From Felis catus (taxonomy: Eukaryota), in contig NC_058368.1 in assembly GCF_018350175.1 (NCBI RefSeq), forward strand, positions 64,606,001 through 64,670,000: DNA of 64,000 bases, written 5' to 3'. Numbering within the stretch: position 1 is the stretch's first letter; each line of letters opens with the position of its first letter. The notes below the pieces were generated by a model. That model searched no databases. It was not told the DNA's origin and saw only the letters and a program-made list of their open reading frames with translations. The translations under genes were made by a program, and so were the position numbers. This document shows positions 58,511 through 64,000 of the stretch, piece by piece.

Positions 58511-60191
58511 TTTTTTAAATGCAATCAGTAATAGCATTTATCCCATGGTATTGTAATGGTGTACGTGCTCTCAGAGGACTGTGGCTGGAGATATGTTTAT
58601 CTCCATATCTCCAGAGTCTGTCACAGTACCTGGAACCTCAGAAAATATCCCTTGCTTTTTAAACAGTGAGACAACAAAGGAAGACTGTCTTTGAGGAATG
58701 AAATTACATTCTATATCCAGATAAGATTGAAAATGATAGGTATAGAGAGTTTGGAATTCAAGAGAGTAAAAAGATAGGATCCAGGTTGCTTAAGGAAGGT
58801 TTATTTTCATCAGTAGAAGCAGGTAATGGAAAATCAATATGGGACTAATAAAAATAATGGAAATATTAGATAAATGATATCTATTACTTAGAGATTGGTG
58901 TTGTCATGATTTTTAGTAGGTCAAGCATATATAACTCGAGGAGGCCTTGTGAGGATAATTCTTTCAGTTAAGAAAAACTCTAATTTTATAGCTTTTTGTT
59001 TTACACCTTTTATACCTAGACTATAAATTCATTAAGTAAATTACAGTGATTGCCTCTGTGTTCTTCACTTTATATAATTAATGTACGTTGTAATACAAAA
59101 AATAAAAGAACCAAATAGATATTATATTAGTTATTGTGTAGCTTCTTCCAAAAAGCTACTCCAAAATGCACATAACTGCATGAGATATAAACAAATATCA
59201 CCTTAGTATTTGTTCCTAGCCATTATCATAATCAAGATAGTTAAGGGTTTAATTATTCATGCATATAATGCAGTTTTCTCAACTAGGGCTATGTTTGTTA
59301 TATAAGCACCTTTTAAAAAAACCCAGTTTCATGAAAATCAGATGAAATCAGAATGTCATTGAAACAAGCAAGGAATGTCATTGGAACAACCAATATCATT
59401 GGAACAAGCAAGCATTCTGAGTGCTACAGGTGATTCTGCTGTAAACTTCTTAAGATCACAGACAGAAGGGATAAAACAAAGAAAACTCTATTGCTAACCC
59501 TTTGAATATGGTTTAGGACAATATTATTTAGCACATATAGTCATAGAAGAAAAGACAAAACAAATGTCTGAATAAAAATATTTTTTCACCACATGCAGGC
59601 AGTAGTGTCTTGAAAGTCCCTGATGTGTCAGGACTCCGTGTGATCCTGGTGCTGTGAGGTCAGCGTGCTGGAGTTCCCATCTGACACAGCCGATTTCTAG
59701 AAAGTGTTTTTCAGGCATGATCAGCAGGGAGCAAACATCAAAAGACATACTTGTAATGGTGTTCCAGTCCATTGGACATTCTGTTTTGAAAGACTATGGA
59801 CCTCCTTTTCAACTCCTGTTCGGTTTTGAAGAGATCAAGGTCCATGCTTGGTGCCTTGCTTATTCCCCCTCAAAATCACGTGAGCATACTTCTCCTGATG
59901 ATTGATGGAATGAAAGTGACAACTCCACCACTATGTCTTCAAAGAAAGTGCGGATTCCTTAGATTTAATGGATAGGAGTAAAATGCAGTGATGTTAGAGG
60001 TAGGCTAATAATAGATGTGTTAGCAACACTACATCAGCCTGGACAGCAACACTGCCTTCCTTCAGAACCTCTCTCTCTGGCACCCTGTGCAGGCACCAGG
60101 AAGGAGTCCAGCATTAACTTCCAAATGCAAGCGGGGTCCTCAATTTGCTTTTCTACTCGCTTTCCCCTGCCCCACCAAGTATCACTTTCTA

Positions 60192-60633
60192 CCAGAGATT
60201 CTTAACCTTTTGATTTGTTCCCCAGAATAATTACCTTAAATGCATAAAATAAGTAGAATTATAAAATAATTATGTTAAATATTACCATCAAAATATAAAC
60301 AGATTATTATATAGCCTACGCTCCTGTTTTAACACATTAAGCAGCAAAATCTATTAGTCTAGGAGCTACTTTGATTACAAAATAATGATATGTGTGTGTG
60401 GTATTCTGAGACCTCTATAACAAGCATGATATGAAAATCTTTGATTTCTACTAGTGACAAAGTCACAAGTCCTGATAATACAATTGTGGTTTGTGGTCTA
60501 CAGTGATCGTTGAGGGAAATAATGTCAGCTGAAGGATAGTTAAAATAAACGTATATTTTCTTCCCTTTCAGGTTCATGACACCACCCAATTCTATCCATA
60601 GATCCTAACAGGATGCCAAATCAGGAACCAATG
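60192..60633. mobile_element. Non-autonomous hAT-Charlie element (Charlie4a-like)
   Basis: TIR-like ends cagagattcttaacct and aggaaccaatg; internal gatatgaaaatc...gatttctactagtgacaaagtcaca matches my recollection of this family. Confidence 0.65.
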
Positions 60634-60915
60634 CCTCTTGATTTTCGCCTCTGTCAATACTGCAAATCAAAATGGCCTCTGCCCCTTGTATATTTCCTAG
60701 TCCTGCCATTTCTAACAGCAAAAAGACCAGAAAAGTCTTGGATTAGGCTGTAGCAAAAATGGTTAGGGTTTAAAATCGGCTGTTAGGATGATGTGGGTGG
60801 TGAAGTAGTGGGGAAAGGAGATGTGTAAATGGCACAGGCCTAGAACCTATGCCATTCAAGAAATCTTTCTGTCTCAGATTCAGGGAATAAACTGACTTCC
60901 TGCCTACTAGAAATG

Positions 60916-61122
60916 TTTTTTTTAAAATGTTTATTTATTTTTGAGAGACAGAGAAAGAGAGAAAGACAGCGTGAACAGGGGAGGGGCAGAAAGAGAGGGA
61001 AACACAGAAACCAAAGTAGGCTCTAGGCTCTGAGCTATCAGCAGAGACCCTGATGAGTGGCTCAAACCCACAAACTTGAGCTGAAGTCGGACACTTAGCC
61101 AACTGAACCACCCAGGGGCCTC
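60916..61122 (-). mobile_element. SINEC (small internal deletion)
   Basis: Reverse-complement SINEC; short TSD gaaatg. Confidence 0.92.
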
Positions 61123-61654
61123 AGGAAATGCCATCTTTAACAAGGGGACAGGGTAAATGTAGCCATTTTATAGTGAGCATTCAAAAGGAACAGACTAGCC
61201 CTCCTCAGTTACAAATGTTATAAAGAGGAAAACAAACTATATATAGACCCTAGGCTGAGCTCCATGTCCTAAAGAATGTAGGAGAAGGCCATGTCTACAA
61301 TATCAATGTATGATTCCAAATTCCTTAAGTACATTTCAAATAAAGCATAGTCTAATATATACAGTTAAATCCTTTGTAATTCGGTCATACTATTGGAAAA
61401 ATTATTACTTCTAAGACATGACCTTGGCTAGTTATCCATGGCACTAGTCACAACAACATCCTCATCTGGTAAAGTGGTAGTGATATACACGATCTAATAT
61501 GCCTACTTAAAGCAATTACATCTTTCAGCAAATTATGTAGCACTTATTTACATATAATTGTTGTATTAATTGTCAGGATATATAAATATGAAGAACATTT
61601 AGCAGGAATTTTAACCAGCCATTTTGTTAATTTAAGTCAATAAAGGCAACATAT

Positions 61655-61882
61655 GTGATGGTTGAGCATATGGTCTCAGAATCCCGGCTCTGCCATTTAC
61701 CAAATGTGTGAACTTGAACTAGCCATCTAAATACTCAGTGCCTCAGTTTCTTTACACGTCAAATGAGAATGATCCCAGAAGAACCTACTTCATTCAGAGA
61801 GATGTGAATGAGTTAATCTGTGTGATGCAATGAGCACAGCATTTGGCACATAGTTAGCACGCTACAAATAACAGCTACTAAC
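61655..61882 (+). mobile_element. MIR
   Basis: atcccggctctgccatttac...gtgcctcagtttctt...tggcacatagttagcacgct. Confidence 0.85.
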
Positions 61883-63505
61883 ATCCATCTATGGTCCAGA
61901 GTCATAAATAGAGAAGTCCCCTACATTTCTTTAAAGTGTGTAACAGTGTAGTATTATCACTAATTCCAACCAACCTTTTCTTCTTTCCCTGTAACTATTT
62001 TATTACAGTTATTTTTGTAGTAGAAATGCTGCCTTGCATTCTTTCATTACGAGAACAATTTTATCAGAAAAGAGAAGGTCTGGACTTACTGTGTCAGGAG
62101 GGCAGCTGCATTTATGTTACTGAATCAGTCTCTGCCAAGCATGATCATCACAAGAGATGAAATGGGGATGGTTAGAAAGGAAGGACGAGTTCCCTGGATG
62201 AATGACATTATCCCAATTGGCCATAGTGACCAACTCCTTAGACATCTCTCCTAATAGCTGTTTCTTCTTATGACTACACATAAGAAGTGATCCTATGGAC
62301 CCACTTGATTTAGTTCCTGATGTGCTGCAGTGTTTAAAAAGCAGTATTAACCTCTAATAGGAATTCAGAAAGAAATTTAATTCTTCAGTCATGCCTTCAA
62401 AGAACACTTAAATTTAGATCCAAACACTAACAGACAAATACTTTTTAAGATTCCTTCTCATCTCCTCACCAGCTCTCCAGCTGTCAGCAACTCCCCAAAT
62501 CCCAAAAAAACTTTCTTATGAATTTTCCATTCACTCCTGCAAACTCTTCCCCCAACATACTTCTTCCCTTCCTGTGGCTCTCCCCCAGAATGTCACAATT
62601 GAGGCAGGAAGATTGTGTTGTGCTTTCACTATGTTCTCCACAAGCATTTATTTGGGTGCTTGTTCATATCACATGCACACCCTCCGGCTCCTCTGTTCTG
62701 AGGGGTGAAGTGCAAGCCATAGGCACTCAGGTGGCAAGGAATCCTCCTTTCCATCACTTCCTGTGCACAGTAGGAGACGGATCTATGGTTTCTATGTGGT
62801 TCAAAGTCTGAAATTTTTGTTTGTGCTTTAGCCACCCAAAAGCTTTGGCCTCCTCGATAGAAGGAAGAGACCCCCCCCCCATGTGGGCTCCTCTTCTGTT
62901 TTGCTTTGATATCTCTTCAATATGAGAAAAGTCTTTGCTTTGTCATAGGTACAGGCGCTAGATTCAAGTCCAAGACCATTAAACATTTTCAGATAACTCT
63001 CCTCGGGTTGTATGAAAGCGGATGAAGTTATCAGAAAACAGTAACAGCCTTCGTTTGACTTTGCTTTTTACATCTGCTAAAAGTCGCACTGTACTTAAAG
63101 TCATAATATTTATCCCACGAGAGATTGCTTAAACAATAGTCTCAGAACTGCTGCAGTGTGAAAACACAAAAGATGTGGCTGAACAGTATAACATTAGTAA
63201 TTTATTCAGCGTGGTAGGATACAAGTGATGTGTCAAAATATGAGACCGTTTACTGATGACCAACTCAAAACTATTGGTATACAGCATGAAAAAGTAAACG
63301 CTCTCTAAATACCAGATAACCCCACCCCATTTTGTTGATGGGCAGATACCAATCAATGTCGTTTTTTATAGTATCCTTAAACTGTTAAAGTCCTGCCACA
63401 CAGCTGATACTAGTAACGTGAGTTTTGAGCAGTTTACTTTCTGTTTTTGTATTTCATCTACAGAGCCTGTAGTATCTCTTAGCGTTTTAGAATTAAAACT
63501 TCTGT

Positions 63506-63683
63506 GGACTGCCTGGGTGGCTCAGTTGGTTAAGCGTCTGACTTCCTTCAGCTCAGGCCATGATCTCCTGGTTTGTGAGTTTGAACCCCACACCAGGCTC
63601 CCTCTCTCTCCCTCTCTCTCTACTCCTCCTCAATGTGTGCTCTCTCTCTTTCAAAATAAATAAATAAACAAACTTAAAAAAAA
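63506..63683 (+). mobile_element. SINEC (internally deleted)
   Basis: Head and tail present; TSD cttctgtg. Confidence 0.92.
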
Positions 63684-64000
63684 TCTTCTGTGTAAACTTC
63701 TCATGTAAAATAATAAAAAGGATCTTATTATAGTGTGCATTATTTACAAAAGAGCTCTCCCCCCAAAAAAGGCTCTTTTATTTTTACTTTTTCTAGGTTT
63801 TTTATCTAATGATTTTTTAAAAATAAAAGTAATAGGTGGCTAAATATAAAAGACGCTAGCAAACTCCAATTTCTTTTATTCGAATTTGTCACATTTACTT
63901 AAATGCAGCTTTCTGCTTAAATTTAACTCATATGAAAACTTTTATGTTGAAAAAAGCCTTGATTAATGCATTGTCTCTTTGACATGTGCAAAGAAAGCAT

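Noticed and set aside
62084..62140. Possible 42-nt minus-strand exon ending in GTAAGT
   Set aside because: Stop codons in all three frames and no other support.
122..63663. Numerous 60-180 aa ORFs in the track
   Set aside because: Nearly all are SINE read-throughs (...VSPSLSAPPP...), L1 sense or antisense fragments, microsatellites or AT-rich chance frames, often with non-ATG starts. None resembles a host protein I recognise.

Overview
AT-rich mammalian genomic DNA, almost certainly from a felid, based on about 30 carnivore tRNA-derived SINEs, four of them near-identical young cat-type (SINEC_Fc) copies. I can support no host protein-coding gene, RNA gene or CRISPR array, so the window looks intronic or intergenic. 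It is dominated by layered transposable elements: a near full-length ancient L1 (about 0.94-9.0 kb) with seven younger inserts, a convergent pair of L1 fragments (17.0-20.7 kb), a decayed hAT-Charlie transposase (20.8-22.0 kb), and L2, MIR, MaLR and MER remnants. The most unusual object is a young felid L1 (45.4-48.6 kb, minus strand). It keeps its 5' UTR, a frameshifted ORF1 and the endonuclease/PIP-box half of ORF2, then jumps directly to the last ~60 nt of the L1 3' end. This leaves an open 446-codon RT-less ORF2 with a poly(A) signal but no target-site duplication (TSD). Weaker leads are a CpG-retaining promoter/first-exon-like region near 10-13 kb, an ORF0-like antisense ORF in the young L1 5' UTR, and several nested or dimeric SINEs. 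I see no convincing wholly new biological system. Repeat subfamily names are from recalled consensus features, not a database search, and boundaries of old repeats are approximate.
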